A stretch of DNA of 64,000 bases, taken from assembly GCF_006345805.1 (NCBI RefSeq), contig NC_043003.1, positions 91,884,001-91,948,000 of the forward strand, given 5' to 3'. Numbering within the stretch: position 1 is the first letter of the stretch; each line of letters begins with the position of its first letter. A program made the translations under genes and the position numbers. Positions 13,089-25,874 of the stretch are shown piece after piece. This DNA comes from Octopus sinensis. Taxonomy: Eukaryota. Below the pieces are notes generated by a model, which saw only the letters and a list, made by a program, of their open reading frames with translations, did no database searches and had not been told where the DNA came from.

Positions 13089-14016
13089 TATACATACATA
13101 CATACACACGTGTGTGTGTCTATGCATAGACATCTCTATATATGCAAAAACATACATAGAATAATGGTAAAAATCAAAGACACAACAGTCCTTATGATAC
13201 CAAAAATGGTAAAATGTTGTATACTAAATATATTAATTATGACCATATATTGTAAACATAGACAAGGATAAATATGAAAATTGAGAGATATAATATGTAC
13301 AAGAGTATATAGTAAAGCATGTGGACTATATGGAACCGCTGTTATGCGTATTAGTTAGATAGAAGTACTATCAAGGCATTAAACAATTAATAAATCATTC
13401 TCTCAACAAATATACAAAAACATATAATCAGAGTTAAATATAAATGTATGCACACATAACACACTCACATGTACATATATGCATACACACACACACACAC
13501 ACTTGCATACCAAAGCTGACATAAGAGGTCAATGCAGCCCTGCAGCTTACTGGATTCTGTCAAATTATCCAGCTCATGCCAACATAGAAAACGGATGTTA
13601 GATGATGATATATGTGTATAATGTCTGAGATTGGTTCAGTCAAAGTTGATTACTTTTATATGTAGTACTTAATGCAAAATATGAATATGGAATTTTAATT
13701 TCTTTTCAGTAATTTGTTTTATGATCATAGTATGAATTATGATATATATGTGCATGTATGTACATATACATATATGTATATATGTATCTTCATTATCATT
13801 GTTAAACGTCTGCTTTCCATGCTGGCATGGGTTGGATGGTTTGACTAAGGACTGGCTATCTGGGAAGCTGCACCAGGCTCCAATCTTATCTGGCAAGGTT
13901 TCTACAGCTGGATGCCCTTCCTAATACCAGCCACCCTGCACATTTTCTGATTTTCATTCAAATAGTGCTTTTTATGTGCCACTAGCACAGGAGCCAGTCA
14001 GGCAGCACTGGTATCT

Positions 14017-14048
<32 letters not shown>

Positions 14049-14316
14049 AAATCCATTCTGTGTGTGTATGTGTATGTCTTTTAGGATCTTGGGCATCCTC
14101 CATCCGATTGTGCTCAAATTTGATATGTAGATACTGACGGTATCAGAGCCTGTATAAGTCTTGAAAAAATTACAAAAATCGATTCCAGGTGAGAATGCGA
14201 TTGATAAAGCCATGGGAACGTGCATTTGTATGCGCAAGTACATCAGCTGTTGCGATTGATACTATGTGTACGTGAGAAAAATGCACGTGCAGTTTGCACA
14301 AAAAAGTTAAGGAGCA

Positions 14317-14508
14317 GGGGATGTTGTTTTTATTTCCCGCATGCCATTGATTCCGTCGGACTGTGTTTATCCGATGAAACACGTTCAATTCCCTATTTGC
14401 CTGAGCTTCGTGATGACCATCAACAAAGCACAGGGGCAGCCATTGAAAGTCATGTGGTTGGACCTCAGCACTCCCTGCTTTTCGCACGGACAACTGTATG
14501 TGGGCTGT
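14317..14508 (+). mobile_element. Helitron PIF1-type helicase C-terminal fragment
   Basis: GDVVFISRMPLIPSDCVYPMKHVQFPICLSFVMTINKAQGQPLKVMWLDLSTPCFSHGQLYVGC matches the RIPLIP...QFP.RLAFAMTINKAQGQ...FSHGQLYVA signature. The CpG-rich stretch 14095-14316 may belong to the same insertion. Confidence 0.9.
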
Positions 14509-15600
14509 TTGAATAAAAAGTAAGCTAAGTTTTGAAGCATGAAATTCATCACAATATATTTCAACAATGTGAAAATTTTATTCATCAAAGTAAGTACCAT
14601 TATAATCAGTACATTTTTGCCAATGAGTTACAATTTTGTTTATTTTGGTGACATAAAAATCTGGAGTTCTGGAGCTGATGAACTCTTTGAATGCACTTTC
14701 AGCATCGGTTTGATTTTTGAACTCTTTCTGTTGATGGAAACCATCATAGAGCTTGTAACTGTGGTAGTCAGTAGGAGAAAAGTTTGGGGAATAAGCTGAG
14801 TGGGGAAGAACATCATAGCCAAGTTCCCTCAGCTTCTGGAGCATCCTTAGTGAAACGTGTTGTTGAGCATTGTCATGAAGGTTGACCGGTCTGGGATGAA
14901 GGAGTAGCAGATTTTTGTTCATTTTGGCAATTTCATGGCAATATGTTTCTGCAGTAATGGTTTTTCTGGGTTTTAAGAAGTTATAGTGAATGATTCCAGC
15001 AGTACACCACCAAACAGTCACCATAACCTTTTTGAAGGTTTAGGGAAGGTTTTCAGTGCTTCATTTTGGTCCAACCACTGTGAAGAACGTTTTCTATTAT
15101 TGTAGAGGATCCACTTTTCATCACAAGTTACAATACGGTTGAGAAATGGATCAGTTTAGTTATGGAGAAGATACAACAAGCAAATTTCATGTCTGCGCAT
15201 TTTCTGATTTTCATTCAAATCATGTGGTACCCATTTATCGAGCTTTTTTGATTTTCCAATCGCATGCAAATAATTGCAGACAGTTTTCTGGCTAATTTGA
15301 AGTTCTTTTGCCAGTTCTCAAGTGGTTTTACATGCATCTTTCTCAATGGCAGGCTTTAATTGACTGTCATTGGTGAGAAATGGGTATCTACTACGCTCAA
15401 GATCTTTAAGGTTCAGGTCTCCACTGAGAAATCGTTTAAACCATTTTCGAGCTGACCACTCACAGGTCATTTGCTCATCAAATGTTTTGTTGATGTTGTG
15501 AGCAGTTTCAGCTGCTTTACGTCCTTTTTTTGAAGTTGAATAGTAAAATTGCTCAAATATCGCGCTTTGACGGTCCCATCTCAGATGGTTGTAACAGCAG
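14509..15600 (-). mobile_element. Mariner (DD34D) transposon with near full-length but disrupted transposase (about 14578-15578)
   Basis: KAAETAHNINKTF (HTH), WVPHDL, TCDEKWILYNN, HDNA and YSPNFSPTDY motifs; 34 residues between the second and third Asp. In-frame stop and frameshifts present; terminal inverted repeats not found. Confidence 0.93.
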
Positions 15601-16102
15601 TAAAAAAAAGTATCAATGTTAATTTATTGATGCATTTGGGCAAGTTTATGCTTTCATTATCAGATAATTGCAAAAATATGTTTATAAAAAATTCAAAACA
15701 CTAACCCCTGACATTATTCTTTCCCATTCTTCACCTTTGTCACTTCCACTCCTCTCAAAATCGGTCATAGGCTACTCTCTTTAGCTTTACAGGCTAAGGT
15801 GTCTCCAACAGTGCTGGTACCACAGAAAGCACTCAGTACATTCTAAGTAATCTGAACTGTGACAACACAGGGCCTGAGAGAACTCTTTAGTCTTGCTGAT
15901 GGCATGACATCATATATTGTGCTGGTGCTGGAAAGAAAAGTGCACTCTGTCAAGTGGCTGGTGTTAGGAAAGGTATCTTGCCATTGAGACTAGGACAAAA
16001 AAAGGGGCATTGGAAGAAAACATTGTCGTTCAACCAGCTAGATATTGTTCAAGCATCCTGACTATGCCAGCATGGAAGCAGTCATAAAATAATGATGATA
16101 TC

Positions 16103-16318
16103 CGAGGGGTTGCTGAAAAGTTCCCAGTTTTAAGGGTATCATGAAAGGCCCGGTTGGAGGCCCAAAGTTCTCAGTTCTTTTACAGGGTTTAGAAAAACTG
16201 AAGAACTGCTGCAATGAGGGTGTGAGTCTGAGAGGGGAATATATTGAATAAAATTCTAATTAACTGATCCTCCTTTATTTTCTTTTACCCAAAGCCAGGA
16301 ACTTTTCAGCATCCCCTT
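16103..16318 (+). mobile_element. Mariner-derived MITE or deletion derivative
   Basis: 26-bp terminal inverted repeats matching at 22/26 (16105-16130 vs 16292-16317, AGGGGTTGCTGAAAAGTTCC...); interior resembles a mariner transposase C-terminus (...LRGEYIE*). Confidence 0.75.
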
Positions 16319-16451
16319 TTAAGGAATGGGTATAAACAATAAAAATATGTAGCAGACGGAACAAACAAACAAAAGAAAAAGAAAGAACATTTAGCCATCA
16401 TTAGCTATCTTGCAAAGGATCCTGGTAGCTTTAACTCCTTGATGTGCATGC

Positions 16452-16490
<39 letters not shown>

Positions 16491-16944
16491 GAGACAGAGA
16501 CAGAGCTTGTATCAACATGCTTTTCAGATAATCCTGTTTGCTCTCTCTATTCATTGTCATTAGCAACAGTGTATACAGTTGGTGGCTGTAATGTGGAGAC
16601 ACTGATAACAAATGTGTAGAGCTGAATTTCTATGATAAAAGTTCTTATAGAAATCTAATCCCCAAATAATCTATCTCTAATTATGAATTACTTTATTGAT
16701 TTCTCAGAGACTGAATCATATCACTTGTTGTTACTGCTATTGTTGTAACTTTGGTTTTATTTCTTCATGTATCCAATCTCTCTTTCTCTCTTCTTTAGTC
16801 TAATATCATGTCTGCTGTTCTGCTGTAAAATCTAACGGCTATTTTTGATAAATTTTATGTTTTAAATCTCAATGATATGCAACAGCTATTTGGTCATCTC
16901 AGATATTTAATGATAATTAAAATGCACATGGCATTCAAGGTCTC

Positions 16945-16970
16945 CTTTCTTTCTTTCTTTCTTTCTTTCT

Positions 16971-17023
<53 letters not shown>

Positions 17024-17115
17024 TGTCTGTCTGTCTGTCTGTCCGTCCCTCCGTCCCTCCGTCCCTCCGTCCCTCCGTCCCTCCGTCCGTCCGTCCCTCT
17101 CTCTCTCTCTCTCTC
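16945..17115. repeat. Compound microsatellite (CTTT)n-(CTGT)n-(CCGTCCCT)n-(CT)n
   Basis: Directly visible. Confidence 0.95.
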
Positions 17116-17664
17116 CTTTTCTTTTCATTTCTTTTTAACTTAGTGTTAAGAGTGGGGGAAAGTGATGAGCTGGCAGAATCATTAGCATCTTGGACTAAAT
17201 ACTTAGTGGCATTTCCTCTGTCCTTAAGTTCTGAGTTCAAATTCTGCTGAGGTTGACTTAGCCTTTCATCCTTTTGGGGTCAATGTAATCGACTTAATTC
17301 CACTCCCCGAAATGCCAAAATGTGAAACCAATATGAAGAGTGAAAGCAGTAGGAAGGGGCCTCTATATAGCTTATTAACCTGCTAGAAATAGTAACTACA
17401 TTTCTCTCAAAGCACACTTTCCTTTTGTAGAATGAGAAAAAGCAGGGTACAATGGACAATGTAGTTTTAGAGACTAATCATGCTCTTCATGAAAAAATGG
17501 GAAGGTCTGCTCAACATCGGATATTCTGAGGTTAAAGAGCAACAACAGCCGTATGAAAACGAAAGTATACTGATTGTCCCAAACAATTTAAAAGGGGCCT
17601 CAAGTATTGTTGATAAAGCTTGAGTAAGTCTATGTTGCAAAAAAAGGTGCGTGCATGGCCATAG

Positions 17665-18035
17665 GATATTGTCGTGTGGTTAAGATATTTGCTTCCAAGT
17701 CTTGGGGCTTTGGGTTCATTCCCATTGTATGACATCATGAGCAACTGCTTTTTCCTTTAGCCCTGAGCTGACCAAAGCCTTATACATAGATTTTATAGAT
17801 GGAAACTGAAAGAAGCCCATCATATGTGTGTCTTGACATTGTATGATGCTTGTAAGTGAACATCATTACCAATCATGTGTTGTCATTCATATCTACTCTT
17901 CCATAAAAGACAGGTTGACCATGGGAAAATATTACTTTGCTAGGAAACAGGTGAGGGTATCTGACTGTAGAAAGTTTGCCTCAGCGAAATTCAGTCTGAC
18001 CCATGATGCAAGCCTAGAAAACTGGATGTTGTTAT
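17665..18035 (+). mobile_element. SINE family A head joined to an alternative 3' body (here called tail D)
   Basis: The head (tcgtgtggttaag...ttgggttcattccc...gatggaaactgaaagaagccc) is followed by aaatattac...ggaaacaggtgaggg...gacccatg...ggatgtt. Similar arrangement at about 22378-22800 and 39655-40080. Confidence 0.7.
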
Positions 18036-21000
18036 GACATCACCCCTGCCACCAAGGAGGAGGATTGTTTAAGGAAAATCCGACTGATGGAACATTAACT
18101 AAGCTGATATCTGGCTAGAAATTGTAGACAGAATGAGTTAGTAAAGAGTAACAAACAGAATCAGAAATTAAACCCGTGTAGCAGAATGAGCTTACATTAT
18201 CTGACACTACTAATACTTCGTGACAAATTTTTGGCCCCAAGTATGGCTATGTGGTCAACAAACCTGTTTACAAGAAAGTGGTTCCACTTTTGATCTCATT
18301 GTGTAATGCTTAGGCTTTCCACATCCTCTAATTGTCCAATGCTTTATGAGTAAAATTTGAGGCCGTGAAAACTGGTCAATGACAGGAAAACCAATACAAC
18401 TACAGCTGGTGTACTTGAACAAAGATACTTAGCATTTATTCCATCTAAGTTACACAGAACACTGTCACTCTCATTATTGGAAATATAGTGAACCAATGAC
18501 TAAGTCATTGGAAGAAAACTTTATAGTGTTTGATGCTTTTGTTCACAAAATGCCTGATAGAAAATAAAAAAAAGAAAGAAAGAAAAAGGAGAGAAATCAG
18601 AATCTTCATTGCAGGGGAAAAAATAGTATTGATGCCTGATGAATATCTTGCTTGTTTTTATGAACATAACTATGGAAATGTACCATCCCACTCAGAATTT
18701 GTTTCTCCATAATTTCATTAAAAATGCAGGTATTTAGATGAAATTCCTCAGAGGTACATTTTAGATGGTGTAAATTACAATTATGTGTGTGTGGGGGGGG
18801 GATTGAAAACATTTTTTAGTAGGATCATTCCCTTTCACTCATTGTTAAATGCATAATTTTTAATGAAAATTTCCAGACATTAATTTTTTGATAGGTAGAA
18901 TGAAGATAAAAAATTCTTTTCAAATTCCATCATGATAATCATATTCTATATCCTTGAAATGTATCTCTGGAAAATTTCCTTAAAATATGCAGTATGAGAT
19001 TTGGAACAGTCCTCTGAGAAAAATAATATTTTTACCTTAATCCTTCTCCCCTCTATGACATAATTGGATTGTACACCATTTAAAACATATCTCTGGAAAA
19101 TTTCATAGAAAAATATGCATTTTAAAGAAATTATGGGAAAGCAGTCAGGGATGGGGCACACATCTGTAGTTATGCTCATTTATGTCCCTTTACATTTGTC
19201 TTCAATCTCTTCTCCCTTCTGGCATTGATAAACTAAGTACCAGTGAACAACTAGGTCAATGTAATTCACCATGCCAAAATGTCTTTGGTTTTGTGCTGAT
19301 GTTAGAAATAATTATTTTCTGTGTGTGTGTGTGTGTGTGGTGTGTGTGTGTGTATGTTGATCAGAAAAACTCCCAAATCAATTGTCAGTTATCTATTAAG
19401 TCTTCTGCACATTTCCCCCAATTATTTACAATATATTTATGTGACATTAAATTCCTATTCCCTTATCTCAGTACTGCTATGCCTATCTTTGTCTTCTCAG
19501 AAATTCTATTTCTCTTAGCTCAGTTTACTGGAGCCAGTTCTCAAGGTATTGAGACAAGAATTAACTTGTCAGGCCAGCTAAAATATCATTAAAACAACTT
19601 GTGTACTTAATGTTTACATGTTATTGAACTCCTGCCACTCCTTTTCAAAACATACATTAACAAGCTGCTTTCCTGTTTCCAGTAGCTTGTTCAAACTACT
19701 AATTACATCTTTACTCTTTATATTTATGTATAATCTTTCTGAATCTCAATTTTTGTTTTTACAACAGGAATTTCTGTTGGAACTTATTTTTTTTTTCTTT
19801 TAATCTCTTCAGTCGCTTATAGAGAAGTTCTCAAGGATATCTTACTCTAGATTTGTGTACCACACTGACTAAAAACGGAACTTAGATGCACTCTGTGGTT
19901 AATGAATAATTTGAAATATGAGTCATTTGAGGTGCCATGTGCTATGAAGAGAAAACGATATGCTTTAAAGTAGAACTCCTTGGTGATGGATACCAACAGA
20001 CTTTATTTTTTCCCTTACTGAATTGATTCTGATGTAAACTATAACTGATCTTTTTTCATCCAGAAATTATCCATCACAATAATTAACCACATATCTGTGA
20101 TTAGTAGCAATCAATGGATGATTAGTATTATTGATTTACTGTGTATTAAAAGAAAACAGAAAAAATGGGAGTTGTAATATTCATACTTTTTACAGCATAA
20201 ATGGCCTTAAAATTTGCCACTGACTTGAGTCACAAGCTTACCAAGAGAAATTCACAAATTTGCAAAGGTAGGGGCTCATAAAGGCTGGGTCACAGCTTCA
20301 CAAAGGCAGAATCATTATCTCACTATCCTGCCAGTATGCAACCACAGAATTAGTTTTCTGCTTCTAAGCCTCTCTCATTCAATACAGAGTTTCTCATTTG
20401 ATCTCAAAAATTAGACATTGTCTTGGCTGCTTAGTGGCTAAATAAGTAACTGCTTGCATAAGACAGATGTTTATCTCTGTTTATTTTTATCCAATTTTCT
20501 TTCAGTTAAAAATAATTACTGAAATTGAATTGAATCCAGGTGTTTGGTTCATTCATTATTGTATAAATGTTGGTTCCTTGGTGTAGTAAGAATATCAGAC
20601 CACTCCTTAATTAGACTTGTCCTTGCTTTACCAGACACTGTCTCATTCAGTTTTATAGACAGTATTCACATTAGCCATTATGATGAAGAGACAAGTGACC
20701 TAGATTGCTATGGCATCACTATTAATTCACTTTAACATCTCAACCTACAGACGTGTCACCCCTTTACTATAACTACCACTGTTCCTTTGTGGTTGTTTAT
20801 CTGTACTGCTTATGATGTCCACTCATACTTCCTGTTATGCCTTTTTATCCAGTTGGGTACTCTTGCTTTCGCTTTGTGTGTTGTGTTGCATAAACAAATC
20901 ATAACAGGCATAAACAATGTATTTCAATGAAAGTTGCATATACAATTTACATGAGGTAATCAAATCTAATCTTTACAGGTATTTTGGAGATTTGAACACT

Positions 21001-21524
21001 GGTTGATATAATTATGCACATTACGCAAGGAAGTCCAATATTGAGTTTATATTGTAGGTATACAAAACGGCAAAAGAAAAGTATCAACTAGCATGGATTT
21101 TAATAGCTCTGTGCAACAACCATGATTTTTTAGGAAAGACTGGGTATATAGCTAAAAGGATATATATATATATACATATATTGCTTAAGCATTGTGATGC
21201 TAATAACCTGGTGTTAGAGCTGCATATACATATGCTTCAGTACAAAGCATCAGTCAAGTACAAAGTGGTAATAAGAAATTGGGACAACAAAGGAATAAAC
21301 AGTTATGTTATGAACTCCATTAACTTACATCTGTTTCTGCTGTAAGGTGCAATGCACTCATAGTTGAGTGCTTGAGCATCACCTTATTGCTCCATCAAAT
21401 CTTCAAACATGAAATGCCAGCTATGAGTGCATTGCACTTAATAGAAACAGGTGTAAGCTAATGAAGTTTGTAACATAATTGTTTATTCCTTTGTCATCCC
21501 AATTTTTTATATATATATAATTAA

Positions 21525-22175
21525 TTTCAGCCCAAGGTTTGTGACCATGCTGGAACACCACCTGTCTGATTGGTGCTACTTCAGTAGTACTTGACTTTTG
21601 GTTAATAAGAACTTTTGATGCTGCTGCTTTCAGTTGCATTTCTTGCTTTGACATTGGTTTGTCTGGAATTAAGGATAGTAGGTTATCTAGGTGCTTCTTG
21701 AATATATCTACAGCCACTCTATGCATATTTTCAGCTTCTTTAGCAAGATATTAAAAAATTTGTGGGCCTTTGAACTGTAGGCTGTTGCAGTAGGTGATAG
21801 TGATTTACAGTGAGAAGGGTGAAGCCTCCAGGACTATGTAGCGATGACCAGTTTGGAGATTGGTATAGCCCTCAATACTCAAGTTTGAAGCAAGCCCTTC
21901 AAGGATCTTCTATATTGAGATTCCTGCATATCTTTCTCATCCTACCCCCATTAGAATAGAGTCTTAATGCTTTCCATCCTCTCCCAGTAGCTTAGCTTTC
22001 CGATTTTAATGTGAAGACAATATCTTGTTATACTGTCTTGTTATAATGTCAAACAGGCTTTGATTGGAAGGGATTATCGATTACAATATCTCTCAAGATA
22101 TCTTTGATTCTCTCTTGTATTCTCTTTGAAGTATCCTGGTTTTAGATCTGATCAATTTTATATTAAATCTATTAT
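21525..22175 (-). mobile_element. CR1/L2-type LINE 3' fragment including the 3' end
   Basis: Minus strand: LSYWERM, KILEGL-like segment, GPQIF and VDIFKKHLDNLLSLIPDKP...AAAS, a typical CR1-group ORF2 C-terminus with stops. Ends ...ccagcatggtcacaaaccttgggctgaaa. Confidence 0.7.
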
Positions 22176-23507
22176 GCTGCTGTTATTGTCCATCACCAGT
22201 ACTATCATGCTTTTATCGAACATAGTTATTTATTTCCATTTCATGACCATGTTTAGTATAGGCTAAACATTGGCAAACATATTTATTGACTAGCTACTTT
22301 CCCAACTTACTGTCTTAAATATTAAAAAAAAATTATCTACTGTTTATAGAACCTATATGGAGCAATGTTTTAGGTGCTGACATGGTTGTGTAGTTAAGAA
22401 GTTTGCTTGCCAACCACATGGTTTTGGGTTCGATCTTACTGCATGGCACCTTGGACAAGTATCTTCAACTATAGCCCCAGGTCAACCAAAACCTTGCAAG
22501 TGGATTTGGTAGACAGACACTAAAAGAGGCTTGTTGTGTGTGTATATATATATATATATAGATGTGTTTATGTCTGTGACAATTTCTTTCATTGTGTGAT
22601 GGTTGCAAATGAGTATCATTGTCATACAAGAAGTACCGTATATTTTCTCTATTCTGCAAAAAGATATCTGGCTATGGAGAAATATTACCTTGCTTGGAAA
22701 TAGTGAAGGTTAGTATTAGGAACCACACCTGGCTACAGAAAAATCTTTCTCAATAAACTCTGGCCTAGGCATGGAAAAATGGCTGTTAAAACGATGATAA
22801 TATTGCATGTTTAATTTGCATTTATCATCAAATATTCATCTTTGGTTATATATATATATATTATTCTGTTACTTGTTTCAGTCATTTGACTTGTCATCTG
22901 AGTTTTTTTTTCTTTTAAGTGACCCTGTTGAATCCAGAACTTTGTCCAGTCTAGTTCTATTTACCCCTATTCATTAAATGGTTAAGTAACCTTTTGGCAT
23001 AAAAGGATACAGTTTGATGCACTGCTTTACACCAACACAGTCACTCATACATGCATGCAGTGATTTTTCACACAATTTATTTCAGTAAATTTCACTCAGG
23101 AGTCATTGGGCAATTCAAGGCTACATTAGAAGACACCTGTAAGAGTTAAACCAAAAAAAGCCTGTTATGCATGTACTGTGTGTTTGTGTGTATGTGCGTC
23201 TCCTTGTCTTGCCAACGTGTGATAGTTGTAAATGAGTATCACTGTAATACAAGCAGTGTCATTCATTTGTGATATTTTGCAAAAACATGTCTCACCATGG
23301 GGAAATACTAGCTTGCTTGGAAACAGGTGAGGGCTGGTGACACAAACGGCATTCGACCATTGAAAATCTTCCACAATAAACTGTCTGATCCATACAAGCA
23401 TGGAAAAGTTGACATTAAAACAATGAAGATTTATATATATATATATATATATAAACATATACTTATACATACATATGTTTAATTGGATTTTTTTTTCTTA
23501 TTTCCAG

Positions 23508-23653
23508 GTATCCTGCAAGGTACTTCTGCTCTTTTGCTGGCATTTGATGAGTCTGAAGTCCGTAAAATAATTAGAGTATGCAAGAATGTACTGGAATATT
23601 TAGCTATAACTGAAGTTGTAGATAAGATGGAGGATTTGGTTACCTATGTCAAG
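23508..23653 (+). CDS. VCL: Vinculin exon: (G)[48 protein letters not shown]
   Basis: tttccag acceptor, GTAAGT donor; 146 nt, phase 1 to 0; follows a 20.8-kb intron; matches vinculin [25 protein letters not shown]. Confidence 0.97.
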
Positions 23654-25027
23654 GTAAGTGGTAATTAACTATGACATGTGAATACATTTATGAGCTACAT
23701 CATCTCTTGCACAGCTGATTTCTCATTACATAAAGAATGTTTACATAAGCTGGGACAAATTCCATTATTACCCTAATGTCATGACACTTGTATAGCTGTG
23801 CACCTGAAAGAGCACACCATATTTGCAGGCTCACTGTTAAGCTGTGTCTTCTCTGTTTTTGTTACAGCTACTACGATAGTGTTTACTCATCTGGCCTTGC
23901 TAGCCATATATCACGATCCTGTCTGAACTCACTTAATGCACCACTTACCTTCCTTCCTTCTTTATACTACATCGGCTATAGGTTACTCATTTCCCTCTTA
24001 AAATTTTCCCCTTGTATCGCAAAGCTGCAATGATTTAAATTAAGCACCAATTGTAACTGAACTCCTTCATATGCATCAAAATATCATGCCATAAAAAGCC
24101 TACAGGTATTTACTTCTCAGACTAACAACAGCAAAATCAAAAAGAACCCTTAAAACATGAAAATTCTTATAAGATTCATTTAATGATGTTATTGGACACT
24201 GTAAGCATCAATCTGAACATCACATTAGATTGAAAATCATTGTAGTTAATCCTTTCATAACATAAGCTATGGGGTTAATTCTTATTATGGATATTGAACT
24301 GTGGTAAGGACTCTTGATATATTGGACAATATTGTATATCATTATCATCACTTAATGTCCATGTTCCATAGTGGCATGAGTTGGGTGGTTTGGTAGAAAG
24401 CAATGAGTTTGAAAAGTGCATCATGCTCCATTGTCTGCTTAGGCATGGTTTCTATAGTTGGATGCCTTTCCTAAAGTATGTACTGGATGCTTTTTTCATG
24501 GCACCAGCACTAGTGAGGTTGTCATTCTACTTGCAAGACTAAGATTCCCCTTCACTGAGTGAGGCTACAATAGAGAGAGAGGTAACTTTATACTTTGGGA
24601 TGAGGGGTTAACACGAGAGAGGACCCAAAGCAGAACAGGTATTTTGCTGTGGAGGAGCTACACAGTTACTCACAGAAGTAACTACTTCCAAAAGACAGGG
24701 TAGGAGTGGCTATGATGGAGGGGAAAGAGATAATGTATACTATTTCTATATTTAATCTGTTCTATTACACTATGCAGCTGATAAAATTAGCACAGTTAAG
24801 AACAAAAAAACAAAAAATTTAAACTCCCAAATTGACGTAGAATTGGTGTAGCAGATTCTCTGTGGTTGATTGGCAAACAATAGATGCATGATTTAAGTCC
24901 GCACTGTAAGGTTTGTCTCTGTTTTCTGTCTTATCTTCTTACTTGTAGTTGTTTGCTAGTACTTTATACTGAAAACCTTAGAGTTGATTTAACCAGCATT
25001 GAAAGATGATATAACGCTTATTTTCAG

Positions 25028-25196
25028 AATCTCAGTCCTGTGCTTACGAAAATCATCAAAGAAGTGGATGCCCGTGAGAAGGAACTGACACACCAAGTTC
25101 ATCGTGATATGTTAATCCGTTCATTGGATCAGGTGAAGAATCTCACTCCTGTTCTCATCAGTGGAGTGAAGATATTCATTACTGCCAAAGAGACAG
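25028..25196 (+). CDS. VCL: Vinculin exon: NLSPVLTKIIKEVDAREKELTHQVHRDMLIRSLDQVKNLTPVLISGVKIFITAKET(G)
   Basis: ttttcag acceptor, GTATGT donor; 169 nt, phase 0 to 1; conserved ELTHQ motif. Not listed in the ORF track; translated by hand. Confidence 0.96.
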
Positions 25197-25874
25197 GTAT
25201 GTTTTTAATAATTATCTAGGATTGTTTTTTTTAATTTCTGGAATAGCATCTTTTATAATGAAAAGTAAGATAATCTAGATGGAACAGCTTTGATCTTAAA
25301 TCTCTGTAATCTGAGCTGGTGAGTGTCTAAACATCAGCTGACTATTTGCTTTTGAAAAGACTAATTATAATGTAACATGTATGAGAATTAATTAGTTATA
25401 AGGCATCTCATCTCTACTATTTTTATCTCTTCCCAGCTCCCATTCATTTTAAAATGTGAGTAGCCATATAACCCCTCTGACCCATTCCCTCGTACTTTAA
25501 CCACTCATCCCCTAGCATAAAGCCACTTCTCACAGGGTTTGTAGTCTTGTAAACTGCATGGCAATTTCAACAAGTACTGGTGGTGTGAAAAAGCACTCAG
25601 CACATGCGGTAAAGTGGTTAGTGTTAGGAAGGACATCCAACCATAGAAACCACATCAAAGTAGATATTGGAGTATAACACAATCCTTGGACTTATCAGAT
25701 CTTGTCAAAGCGTCCAACCCATGCCAGTATGGAACATGGATATTAAATAATGATGATATGGGTAATGATGATTGCAACATGTATAACAATTGTTTAATTA
25801 TAATCCAACACATAATAATCTCCAGAAAGGGAACCTCTATCTCCTGTTCAATATCATCAACAAAAAAAAAAAAA

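Noticed and set aside
12530-13271. ORFs of 96-150 aa, with similar ones at 4068-4594 and 6605-6869
   Set aside because: They are translations of SINE family A plus microsatellite; the same peptides recur at each copy.
14578-15024. Active or domesticated mariner transposase gene
   Set aside because: The ORF is only the C-terminal part; the upstream region has a stop and frameshifts, and no inverted repeats were found.
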